A stretch of DNA of 64,000 nt. Source: Podarcis gaigeae (Eukaryota). How positions within the stretch are numbered: position 1 is the first letter of the stretch; every line of letters starts with the position of its first letter. The notes under the pieces are model-generated. The model made no database searches, was not told the DNA's origin, and saw only the letters and a program-made list of their open reading frames with translations. The translations under genes were made by a program, and so were the position numbers. The stretch lies in NCBI GenBank assembly GCA_964106915.2, contig OZ066924.1; one strand, 5' to 3'. Shown here in pieces: positions 52,028 through 64,000 of the stretch.

Positions 52028-52287
52028 CAGTCATACCTCGGGTTACGAACGCTGCGGGTTGCACGTTTTCAGGTTGTGGACTGCACCGAACCCGAAGTAC
52101 CAGAACAGGTTACTTCCGGGTTTTGGCGCTCACGCATGCACAGAAGCACAAAACGACGTCACGCGCATGTGCAGAAGAGCTGGAACGCGTCACGCACATG
52201 TGCAGACACAATGCTTCAGGCTGCGAATGCGGCAAGTTGCGAACGTGCCTCCCACACGGATCACTTTTGCAACCTGAGGTATGACTG
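52028..52287. mobile_element. Tigger/pogo-like MITE
   Basis: ta|cagtcatacctcgggtt ... aacctgaggtatgactg|ta. Confidence 0.88.
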
Positions 52288-54941
52288 TACTCCAAATATT
52301 TTGATGTTTTCAGTCCTTCCTTGCCAATAGAAACTCAGAGTGGGACCATACTTTGCACCACAATCGAAATAGCTTAAGATCACAACTTACTCAAAGCCAG
52401 ACCTTTAGCTTTGTAGCACAACTGAGAATTTAGATCAGAGTCTCCCATATCAAGCCCCAAATGCTGCAGCACTAGAAATATTTAGATTAAACAACCAAGA
52501 TGCAGCTTACTATTAGGACTGCAACATTTATTGATTCATCAAACTGAAAGATTAAAGTGTCAGGTATCAAATAAAAATAGAGCCATGATCAATTGGGGAC
52601 AGACTCCAAGCCAATTCTTTGCCTCCAATTCTGCTCTGACCCTGCAGTTTTGGAGCCACTTGTGACTTTTTCTTCTTTTCTTTTGCACTGATTGTTGTCT
52701 TAGCCAGGTGCTCCACCCAATCAGTCAGGGGCCTTGAAGAGGAAACCAAGCAGCGGCTCTAGCTCACTCTTTTTCCTATCGCCTTGCACTGATGCTGTGC
52801 TGATAAGCTTCCTTGAGTTCTGTACATGACACACACACACAGAGAAAGAGTTTCAAGGCTCTTGCAATTGTTTCCTGCTCATTCTTGATGTGAATTTGTA
52901 AATGTATGTGATAAACAGTTTAGTGAACAGGCATCCGAGGGCCTTATATTTTAATATGGAAGGAAAAGGAGAGTACAAATTTGCAAGAAACGTTAAGAGC
53001 AAAAGAGAACCTTCTATCCAAATTATTTTGAAACAAGCAGCTAGACCTCTATTTTAATGACCCATGTTTAAAATAAAAGTGGGGTCTTAATTTCTTAACT
53101 TCTGAAATCTGGAATTGGGAGAGGGGTTACCAATTAATGACCTAAGTCTTTGCATCTGATTTTAAAAGAATTCACACAGCATTTTTTAAAAATTTTTGAA
53201 TGTGTACACCACCTTTCTGCGTTACTGTACACAGCACAATGTATCCCTAGAATCATTTTACATATAGTATTACAAGATATCAGCAAAACGACAACAACAA
53301 AAACCACTCCCATTGATTACGAGAAATCATTAAATAATTATCAACAACCAAGCCAGCAACAGCAGAAATACCATACCCAAAATGCCACAAACAATGCAAA
53401 AAGAACAACTGAGCACTTGGGCCACATCTCTCCTTTCCTCACCTACAGGATCTGCCTACCAAGAAAAGGGCAGTCATGCCACTCAAGCCTCTTACAGGTG
53501 AAAGACACAACACAATACACTGCACTGATTCAATGCACAGTCCTAGATAAAATAAATTTTATGAACGGATAGTCCACAGGTGAGAAACCCATAGGTGAGA
53601 AGTCTAGTGTAATTTTGATTTACTAATGAAAAGTTGAAAGATGTCTTTAACCGCTCTACTTTATTGCTTTTAAAAAAACATACAGATTGTAGACAGCATT
53701 TAACTTCTTTACAAGCCTTATGAGAATAAGATGAGACAAGGATTCCTTCCATTTCATGGCTTTACAAATGACATTGTGCTCTGCAAATCACTTTGGGTTG
53801 TACTGAATGTAGTCAGAGTAGGCCCTCTAAAAATAATGGAGAAGACTAATTTGGGTCCATTAGTTTCAAGGGATCTGAGAAAAACTTAGTTTTGCAAGCT
53901 GCCTCAGAGGAGCTGTATTAAATTGACAGATGAAATAATTTCACTAAACAGCAAAATAGAAGAAACATTTCAATATAAAAAACAGTGAGTAATAATACAC
54001 ATCTCCACACACTGCAGCCATATTTAGCACTGGCTGCAACAGTCTAGATACGTTAATATTATTGTGGGTGGGCAAAGAGTGTACTTCCTTGAGAAAACAT
54101 GTTTAAAACTTTCTGTAGAATGTGACTGCAGACTCTGGATGCCTCCTACTCTTCTTTGAAAACAACCCAGCTTCATAAACTGTGGACTGGAGTTACCGTA
54201 ACTTGATTCCACTAATCATCACTAAGTAATCAGTATGTCTACATTTCAGTCTATATGACAAACTGCAGTTATTCTAAAATGGAAGTGAAATTTTCTCAGC
54301 TCCTCCTCACAGCTGCAGGGCTCATTCTTCAAATGCTAAACTAGTATTATGTTCAAACCAACCCACTGTTTTATCAGCATACACCTAATATTTTTAAAGT
54401 GCAAATCTAAAAAGGTTCTGAATTAAACTAGCAAGTTTCGGGAAAGTTATTTACCATACATTTGTCCAAAAAGAGCAGTTTGCTTACAGTCCCTGGTCAC
54501 AGAATAAGCTCTAGTTTGTTGCTGCATAAAATGGAAATAACAACAATTCAGACACACAGATATCCTTACAGCATTACATTCAGTCTTACAGAAAGAGTAC
54601 CACAGCTATAAGGCAAGCATGATCCTGCATGTAATTAATGCTAATGAATTCCAGCTGGCCTATATAGTTTGGAATTTCCAGATTTTGCCCCATATAAATT
54701 AGTACCCACTTTTAAGCTTGATATTAAACATAGCACTTATGACACTAAAAACTATTTGCATCACATTGAGAGACAGATGCAAACCTTGAGTCTCAGTTTA
54801 CAAGCATCCTTTCATATTTCCTGTTAGGTCAAGTTTGGGCCTTACTTAAGAATAGGCCACAGATCTCTAGAAGGACTTGGTATAATACTAGGACTAAAAT
54901 GGAGTCTCTATCAGGCACTTTCATGCTATAGATTAATATTA

Positions 54942-55183
54942 CAGTGGTACCTTGGGCTAAGTACTTAATTCGTTCCGGAGGTCCATACTTAACCTGAAAC
55001 TGTTCTTAACCTGAAGCACCACTTTAGCTAATGGGGCCTCCTGCTGCTGCCACGCCACCAGAGCACGATTTCTGTTCTCATCCCGAAGCAAAGTTCTTAA
55101 CCTGAAGCACTATTTCTGGGTTAGCGGAGTCTGTAACCTGAAGCGTATGTAACCTGAAGCGTATGAAACCCGAGGTACCACTG
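54942..55183. mobile_element. Tigger/pogo-like MITE
   Basis: ta|cagtggtaccttggg ... cccgaggtaccactg|ta; near-identical to 29144. Confidence 0.9.
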
Positions 55184-55923
55184 TAGAAGCAAAGGAGCAA
55201 CAAAAAGGGCTGCTATACGCCCAGATTTTCCTGGACATTTCTGAAATACTGCTCAACAACTTTCTGTCCAGATTTTCACGGTTTGAAATATGGCAAGCCT
55301 AGATTTGACAATAAGTACATCACTCTGGCTTATCCTCAGTTCACTGGATATGGAAGAGAGTTTCCTTGACTAAAGGGGAATTTAACTGCAGCCTTCCAAT
55401 TTACCGTATCTTACAGTTCAACCACTAGCAGCTATGTTATATATTCTGCAGAGTCATATGCTAGGGACTTTTGTTGATTGTTTCACTTCAGAGTACTTTT
55501 GGGGAACCTAATTACTGAATGCTTTCCCATGTAAAAAAGAAGTTCATTTGAAGGTTTTACCCTTCTCCCCCAAATACTGGACCTGTTGAGGCATTAAATA
55601 AACAAGCCTAACTGAGCTTCAGGCTCATCTGCTCAAGTCTGGAAGGCTTTGCTTCCATTTTTAGTTGCCATTTAAGCAAAAAAAAAAAAATGGCTTGTTG
55701 TTTCAGCATTTAAGCAAATATGGAAACAATAGTTGTGAACTCTTCCTTGTAGCCATGCCAGAAGATTAGAGGAGGAGTGTGCAAGCCCAAGGCTCACTTC
55801 AGCTTATTCATCTCAAATGATTTAGTGTAAAATCCAAATGTGGTCATTCAGACTTTAGCCTTTTGCATTTTGGCTTTTGGGTCCCACTGTTTACAATATG
55901 CCTCTGCATATCCACATATTTAA

Positions 55924-56275
55924 AGGTAAAAGTAAAGGTACCCCTGACCATTAGGTCCAGTTGCGGACAACTCTGGGGTTGCGCCGCTCATCTCGCTTTA
56001 CTGGCCAAGGGAGCCAGCGTTTGTCTGCAGACAGCTTCCGGGTCATGTGGCCAGCAGGACTAAGAGCCAGAGCAGCGCATGGAAACGCCGTTTACCTTCC
56101 CGCCGGAGCGGTACCTATTTATCTACTTGCATTTGATGTGCTTTCGAACTGCTAGGTGGGCAGGAGCTGGGACCAAACAATGAGAGCTCACCCCGTTGTG
56201 GGGATTCGAACCGCCAACCTTCTGATCGGCAAGCCCTAGGCTCTGTGGTTTAGACCACAGCACCACCTGCATCCC
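55924..56275 (-). mobile_element. Sauria SINE
   Basis: B box GGTTCGAATCC, (ACCTTT)-type tail, TSD cacatatttaa (55913-55923, 56282-56292). Confidence 0.9.
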
Positions 56276-59200
56276 TAGATACACATATTTAACCTCTGCC
56301 AAATGAGAACAACCATTCATGTATCTGATGAAGTAGGCCCTACTCCAGAAAAGCTTACATCACAGTAGATGTGCTATCTTTAAAGCTACCTCAAGGCCCT
56401 CTGTCTTGGTTGCAAAAGACCAACACAACTCTCTCATTTGGAATGTTTTCTAAATCTGTAACCCCAAATAGGGAGAAAACTCAAAAGGTCTCTTCTGGGC
56501 TAAGCATATCTCCTGTCCACAAAAATTAAAAACATCTGTTCATTTTTTTGTTTTTGTTAGGCAAGGTAAAGTGGTGACAGTAAACCATTCCATTTTTAAT
56601 TCTGGCTAGTTTTCTACACCCAGGACAGTTAGCGTCACATGACTGGAAGTGAACTTTAGTGAGCAACGCAACATGCTTCACAGCAACTTGCCCTTATAAG
56701 AACGAATCACAATTTTAAAGAATTTTTGGGAGGCTTCATTTCACCTTTGTTCTACCCAACTCTCAAGCTGCCAAGACATTTTCTTATTCCAAATGAGTTA
56801 CTCCCCTTTGTTTCACATGGACTGAATTCACAGAGGGAAAAGATCAATCTAATTTAGTGTGATGGGTATGTTACTATGCATTTCTGTTCACTAGTTAGCT
56901 ATTTAAATGTCTACGTCAGCATTGAAGATAAGATGAAAATCATCAACAGAAACTATTACACTTGCAGCTTTCAGAGAACATGATGTTTTTAACTTGCCAT
57001 AGTATTTATGTAATCCTTGCTTCCACATACAGGCTGGCAAACATGCCTCACTTAATATTAAAACTGGCATGTCTAATGCACAAACCCTGCCATGGGCTTG
57101 TTCCTCTATGCTAATTAAGTTTATTATACCCTACCTGAGGGTATTAGTCAAATTGGCTGATATTTCTTGCTTTGACAGCTCAAGAACTGAAGCATTTGCT
57201 GAGCACATACCATGTCTTCTCCTGCCACTTCTTATTTGCGATAACTCCCTCTCCTCCCACCTCCTGTAATGTCTCTTTCACACATCCATAAAGCCCTTTC
57301 TCTTTAAGACTATATGAAGCTTAATTCTACAGCAAACCCTCAGATAAGTTACAATTTCAGGCTCTGTTCTTAAACTGAGGTATATACCTGCCTGCAAGAA
57401 TGGAGTCAGGTACTCAAAACTATATGAATTCCACCATGGACTGTATCGTCCCAGCCAAATCCCTCACAAACAGATACTAAAGTTAAACTATCTTTTAAAA
57501 TAAAGACTTGAAAAAGATTTGAAAAATTAATAAGCAATCCTAACGGCTATTGCAAATCAGCACCACCAACATATTTCAATTATAATACCCACACATCTTA
57601 TTTGGAAGTTCTGTTGTTTTTTTAAAAAAGGAAAAAACATCCCTCTAAGCAACTAAATGGCTTAGTTTGCATGCCAATTTAAACCATACAGTTATGCTGA
57701 ACTACGATTAAAAGGCAAATGCACAGTGTACTGGTACAAAGAGCGAAAAATGCACCTGCTTCACCTCCTCTTCGGCTCCTCCTGCCAAGAACTTAGTGTT
57801 ATCTCCAGGCTTGGGCTTATACTTTGTTTTTCTCCAAACAATTCATTAGCTATAACAAAGGTTATAGTTTGTGATTTTCGTTTTGAGCAAACAAACCATG
57901 AGCTGAGGGTGAGACATAATGTTAAGCCAAATGTTAAGTCACATGTGTTGATCTTTCATAGCATTTAAAGGGTTTGTTATAACCAATGCTCCTAGAAACA
58001 TGCAACATAGGTGAGGAAACAGCACAGAATTCAGACGGTACCTGTAGCAAGCTGCATTATGTATTACAATGTGGCAAGGAAAGTGGCTATAGGAATCCTG
58101 CAGCCTATGCCTGATCTTAACAGGCTGGTGCTGATGCAATGCTTTTTTTAAAAAAAGAATTACTCTAAGCTAGTCAGAAGGGAGGCAACCCATCATGGCC
58201 AAGAGAAGTTGATCAGGAAGCTATATGGAATACCTGACTATTGAGACTAGAGAACTGAAAGCTAGTCAGTGGTTGTCAGTATAAAAATTACTGCTGAACA
58301 TGAATGATCTACACCACAAGGTAAGAGATCCCCTGTGTGTCCACAGCATTATTCAATGTAAGTGCTATCTACTATGCTCAAGTAGAAAAGTATTGTAAGG
58401 GGGAGGGGAGTATGCATGAGGGAAAGATTTAGCCTGCCTGGAAGCTAGCTTATGCTGTACTTTAAAATTTCACTCCATCCCTTTGTATGGATTCAGATTG
58501 ATTTTATCCTAAGACACAAGTTGGCCATTGTTTTATCATGCTTGGCCCTCAGCTCCTATATGAACATAACAGTGGGCAGAGCCAATATTAGTAGACTATA
58601 AATTCTTTTCACAGATCTCATTAAAAAAATTGTTGACAACAAGGGAAAACCATTGGCTCTGCAAATCACTTTGCGTATGCAGAACAGATTATTTGGCTAC
58701 AGTTTTGCATTGCCCTCACAAAAGGTTAAGGCAAGCTGTATGTATATAAGAAAAGTAGTTGCTCAACATACATATACTTGTTTCTTTATGGATATCAGGT
58801 TATCTAGCATGGCCTTTAGTGGACACTTGCTTCTTAATCTGACACTTACTCCCAGGGGACAATTTTGATTAACAGTGTGTAAAAGGAAAATTCTTTCTGA
58901 ATTTTTCTATAGTTGCATGAGGATTCTGTTATATGAAACACTAGCTAGTCTCCATTTTGGGATGGAGGTAGACACAAATTCAGTGATTGAAACATATTTC
59001 CAAGCCTCGGAGAACTAGTCATATACAGCAGTGACAAATTATTTTTATAACTATAGAAAAATATAACAAATGGATTGCCAGAAAGAGTGCCATGTTAAGT
59101 TTGCATTCTTGTTACAAGCGTCTGGCACCTTCAACTTTTAATGAATTTATAATGGCATAAGCTTTTGTGAGCACAGTTCATTTCATGAGATGTATGAAGC

Positions 59201-60858
59201 ATTATCCTAAACTGGCAAGAATATACATACAGATTTTTTTGGAGGGAAGGGGTAGAGAGAGAATGAGTGGAGGAAATGAAATGCTAAAAGAACAAAAATT
59301 ATACTACCTGAAAGGAAAAGGTACAGTGTTTCGTTAACTGTACCTTAAGTTTGTCAAACACATGAACTTCAATGGCTCTTTTCAAAGTACGACTAACATT
59401 GGCTCTACCCCACAATTTTGAATGCCTATTATAACAGCAGAAATGCACAATAATGTTAAATCTTACCTATCAATTAGTTACACAAATCATTTGACAAAAA
59501 TATGCTAAACTGCCCTGCTCAAAGAGGAGCTCATGGAGCAGGGTAGTAAGGCAGGTTAACTGTCACAGCACTAAGGATGGCTTCTAATGAACAACTTGCT
59601 CCAAAAAGGGTTCGAAATGGGCAGATACCTTTTTTATCTCTGCCTTCACGTCAACTTCTCCTATATGCTTTTGGAAAATTTAAGTGTCTCCTAAAAGGCC
59701 AGCCCTCCTACTCAAATATAGGCAATTATCATGCACTGCATGGCCCACTTGCCTAGTGTGCTGCTTATGGCATTAGACTGGTAAGGTGGTATGGATTCTT
59801 CAAGCCACATGGACCAATGAGACTCCTGGCTCTGCTTTTACAGGCTCTGATGTTGTGGAATTTGGTTCAGTGGGCTCCTGCCTGCCAGGCTTGGGTACAG
59901 TGGTCTCTTAATCACAAACATTAGGCTCATAACCAAGAACCTGGTCCATCTCCTTAGCTGGCAACACTATAGCCTCTGTCTCAAGTATCCTGGTCAGTGC
60001 TGTCACAAAAATGGATTTTTCAGCAGAATGAAATATTAAATCTAAAAAAAATACACTGTGAGTGTTTCTTAAACTATCCTTTGATTTGCCTTTGAGAAAT
60101 TCAGAATATATTTTCAGTCTACTTCAGTGAAACGTTTTTAATATGTGATCATTACCTCTTCCAACTTTCTACAGCATGAGTAAGGAACAGCACTTGTTTA
60201 ACCACACTAAGAGCCTATAGTAAAACCAGAGCACTACAGCTAATTTGTATGTAATATAATCTTGATTAATATGGAGGCCACTGAAGGTTGAGAAATTCCA
60301 TCTTACCAGCTCCATTTACCCTGACATCCAATATCAAATATACATCACCTGTTCAGGCACTTAAAATTATTAAATGGACTTACAAGTCAACTTTTGAAAC
60401 TATCATCCACAAGAGAATCTTTTATGTTGACTTCCTTCTTAGATCTCTCTAAGCATGACAGCTAACAAAACATATAAAATTAAAGCCAAGATTCACTTCA
60501 TTCCATTAAAAACTTACCACAACAGAAACAGGTCACTTATGGTCCATTATGCTGCCCTTCCTCTCCCTCTGCATAATCTGGAATTAAGAGTCTTGTCACT
60601 GCACTCTTTCTACAGCAGAAGAAATAAATTGCCATTCCAACACTATGGCAGTACATAGTGTATGGCCACACAACTCAGGGTCCCTGCATCTTTAAAGACC
60701 TAGTTACCCATTGATTTTATTTGTTTGAATCACCTGCAATTCAGCACTTGGTTTGCATACAATTATAATCAGACCTCTTAAGGAACATTATGCATCATTG
60801 TCCAGTATAACAAATAATAATTGCTTTACGTTACCCTCACTTCCATTTGCAACATTTA

Positions 60859-60960
60859 TTACCATACAAGTAAACAGCAAACGTTTGTGCACAAACCATT
60901 GTTTGTTTACCATATAGTTTACCATACAAGTAAACAGCAAACGTTTGTGCACAAACCATT
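60859..60960. repeat. 42-bp perfect direct duplication with 18-nt spacer
   Basis: ttaccatacaagtaaacagcaaacgtttgtgcacaaaccatt at 60859-60900 and 60919-60960. Confidence 0.95.
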
Positions 60961-61139
60961 ATTCATCTTTGTTTTAAGCAAAGTCACAATCATCTGCATT
61001 TGATGCTAAACTCTCCATGCAAATCCTGCATCTCATATAAGCTGGTGAAAGTCCTTGAGCAACACACACCAAAAAGGGTGAATTCTTACTATATGTAATG
61101 AAAACGGTAAATATTGCTAGAAACGTCTATATCTCAAAA

Positions 61140-61343
61140 CAGATAGGTAGCCGTGTTGGTCTGCCATAGTCAAAACAAAAAAAAATTCCTTCCAGTAGCA
61201 CCTTAAAGACCAACTAAGTCAGTTCTTGGTATGAGCTTTCGTGTGCATGGTATCTGAAGAAGTGTGCATGCACACGAAAGCTCATACCAAGAACTGACTT
61301 AGTTGGTCTTTAAGGTGCTACTGGAAGGAATTTTTTTTTTTGT
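61140..61343. mobile_element. Penelope-like (pLTR-derived) foldback mini-element
   Basis: 12-bp TSD tatatctcaaaa (61128-61139, 61344-61355); 73-bp perfect inverted arms; hammerhead motif at the centre. Inverted pLTR structure with a hammerhead is typical of Penelope-like elements. Confidence 0.8.
61248..61289 (+). ncRNA. Minimal type I hammerhead ribozyme motif
   Basis: UGGUAU-CUGAAGA-A-GUGUG(CAUG)CACAC-GAAA-GC-UC/AUACCA: stem I UGGUAU:AUACCA, complete core, 5-bp stem II, loopless palindromic stem III (AGCU). Confidence 0.8.
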
Positions 61344-62730
61344 TATATCTCAAAAGTTAGAGAATAGCCACATGCTGCAATCTATCACAATTTTAACTAT
61401 CACCCCATTAATTTTATTTTGTCAAGATTTCTGTGTTAATATTTTTTCAGAGCTTTGGAGGTAATTGTCAAAGAACAAAGAGATATGCATGTTTGACTTC
61501 AGTGGGAGGGGGGATGAGAACTTAAATTCAACAAGAGTTTCAAAAGTAGAAGCAGGGAACCTGTGGCCCACCATTTGTTGGCTACAACTCCCATCATTCC
61601 AGACCACTGACCATGCTAGCTGGGCTAAAGAGAGATCCAGAAATATCTAGCAATCCTCCAGGTTCTCCAGCCCTGGTTAAAGGCATGTTTTATTCTTTGT
61701 GTAAATAATAATCATGAGCATTTCCTGCAGCTGGATTTCCTCATGAAGTGGAAACACTCTTGGACATTGTCCTGCAGGTCAAGCATTAATTCAGACAGTA
61801 ATGGAATGCCCCATGTATGTGTTGATATACTTGTGCAATCAACATCCCATGTGAACACATATGAACATTTTTGGCAATTTCACAATAAACCACATTTCAG
61901 TTGAGAAAAGATACATATAGTTACTTCCTCCTTAACATATCTGATCTTACAGGTTCATCTTCAAATTCAGTAGGACAAAAATAATCCAATTCTTCTTCAG
62001 TAATATCTGCATGAGAACAGTACACTTGACAGTGTGCTGCAACTAAAGCTGTTGGGTCAGGTGCAATGCCATGGCATTCTGTAGAGGCCACTTTCCTGGA
62101 GGTAAGGGTATATAACTTAGGTGACCCGAAGCCAGGTGAGAGATGTACACAGTTAATATCTAAACACATTGGACATTATTAACGTGGGACACTCTAGGTG
62201 GAGATGTGGCTGACCACACAAAGCACTCTAGGTCTTGTATTTCACAACTGATGGTGGTGGCTTAACATGGCAGGGTTGCATTTGGCCAAGATCCACATAA
62301 ATTATGATTATACACAGAACTATCCAATTGCTGTGGACCTACCATCTCTTGGGGTATAGACCTTGCAAAAAATCATATGCAACATTATTAATCAAACCTG
62401 GTAAGAATTTTGGTCCTGGATCGTAGGCTAATTCCAAGGCAAATTAAGAAAGAGTCCATAAAAGAATAGACTCAGACTTGGGAGTGCACTAGTTAAGAGA
62501 CATTTAATGGCACAAATTTACAAGGCTGTATTTGTAGAATTTTATTCAGCTAAAGATTGTAATATATAGAGAATAGCCACACTTTACTTGATCATTATGT
62601 TACAGTGGTATTTTGTGCAGCAAATACATGAAGCATACATGAAAAGCTGCAACTAGACAAAAACAAAGTACTTGGATGGCAGGTCCAGTCAATTTACTAA
62701 ACCTAGCTCAACATGCAAGTGAACCAAACG

Positions 62731-63217
62731 CAGGGGCGCCGGCTTATAAAAAATATTGGGGGGGCCCATACCGACTTATAAAAAATATTGGGGGGGCCCA
62801 AGACCTCCAAACCGCTGCTGCTGGGGGAACGAAAGGGGCGAGCCCCGGGCTGCCCCGACCTTAAGTGAACCTGTGAGGGCCCGCCCTTTGCGGCAGCCGA
62901 TTGGCTGCTGCCGTGGGCGGTGAATATTAATGAGCTAGGGGGAATCCCCGCTTCTCGAGGGGCTGACGCCAGCCCCGCAAGATTGTTGATGGGTCTCTCT
63001 AGATCGGGAGTGGCTTTGTTTTAACTCATTACTGAATGTATTTTAAAAGGTAACTATCGTCAAACAAGGAAAATAAAAAATACCAACATAATTTTGTGAT
63101 TTTACAAAGCATAATATAACTAATAATTTTCTTAAATTATTGGGGGGGCAGAGCCCCCCCAAACGAATTTTTGAGGGGGCTCGGGCCCCCTCAGGCCCCA
63201 TGGAGTCGGCGCCTATG
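62731..63217. mobile_element. hAT-like non-autonomous element
   Basis: Perfect 8-bp TSD accaaacg (62723-62730, 63218-63225); TIR caggggcgccggct / agtcggcgcctatg; related to 104-296. Confidence 0.85.
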
Positions 63218-64000
63218 ACCAAACGTAATTCTGGGTTATCAATGCATATTATTCTACAGATCCCAGCACTGGCTGGGAATACTTTCCACCAATTTCTACA
63301 TGGTAAGGGTATAATATTCCCCCCAAATTTTGCTTTGTCAATAATCATACTTTTGTAACCTTAGAACTTTGCTATTACTGTATAACACAACCCATATACA
63401 CCTTTCCTTCAAAGGATGCAGCTGAATCAGAACAGAAGGGCTTGTCTCAACAGGCGTGAATTACCAGGAAAACGTTACACCAGAGTGAGCAATGGTTTCA
63501 TGGGCCCTTCAGGCACAAGCTGGGGTGCTATTTTTAACTAAGAAAAAATGGAATATACTGGATCCTACATAATGTCTTCCTCCCATGTTAACAGTGGACT
63601 GAGGGCAGGTTATTAATACTACCCCTTCTACCCAAAATGAACAGAAGAAGTGGCCTTACTTTACCAGCTCACAATCATCTTCTCAAACTTAATGCCTAAG
63701 ACCTAAGTCAATGGCCAAGCTTTGTACATTCCTGAATTTGGTAACTAAAGATAAGTAGAGACTTGCTTTTGCTCTTAATACTGTAAATTGCCCTGAGGAT
63801 CAAGTTTAAATATTCAGTAAATGAATAGACGTAGCTTTTTAAAAAGGTAGAAATTAGTTTTTTGGGTTGTTGTTTTTTTTTTAATCTAGCTCTACATCTC
63901 CTGTGTAAAGGTAGCTCACCCTCAGCTCACCCAACAGGGTAGTTAAAAAAAATACCCTTAGAAACCAACCGAAAGAAAGAAACCACAAAGACCAATATTT

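Noticed and set aside
60859-60960. CRISPR-like repeat-spacer-repeat
   Set aside because: Only two units in a vertebrate intron, spacer derived from the repeat, no cas genes.

Overview
This is vertebrate genomic DNA: AT-rich, intron-dominated, with no CpG island. Sauria SINEs point to a squamate, probably a lacertid-type lizard. The whole window lies inside one minus-strand gene, ERBIN (ERBB2IP, LAP family). I mapped 19 coding exons by hand (2158-37062). All have GT-AG boundaries with consistent phases and total 3618 nt = 1206 codons, covering the LRR region, the LAP-specific domain and the long linker. I also mapped a 57-nt 5'UTR exon at 39443-39499. Exon 1/promoter (beyond 64000) and the 3' PDZ exons (below 1) are outside the window. 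Exon numbers follow my recollection of human ERBIN. Introns contain Sauria SINEs, L2 and CR1 fragments, Tc1/mariner (TA-TSD) and hAT (8-bp TSD) MITEs, and Penelope-like remnants. Top observations: (1) an apparently intact minimal, dimer-type hammerhead ribozyme inside a young, TSD-flanked, foldback Penelope-like mini-element at 61140-61343, with decayed relatives nearby; (2) a spliced 20-codon uORF that stops 2 nt before the ERBIN ATG; (3) a candidate 34-nt poison exon in intron 20. Most short ORFs in the supplied track are noise.
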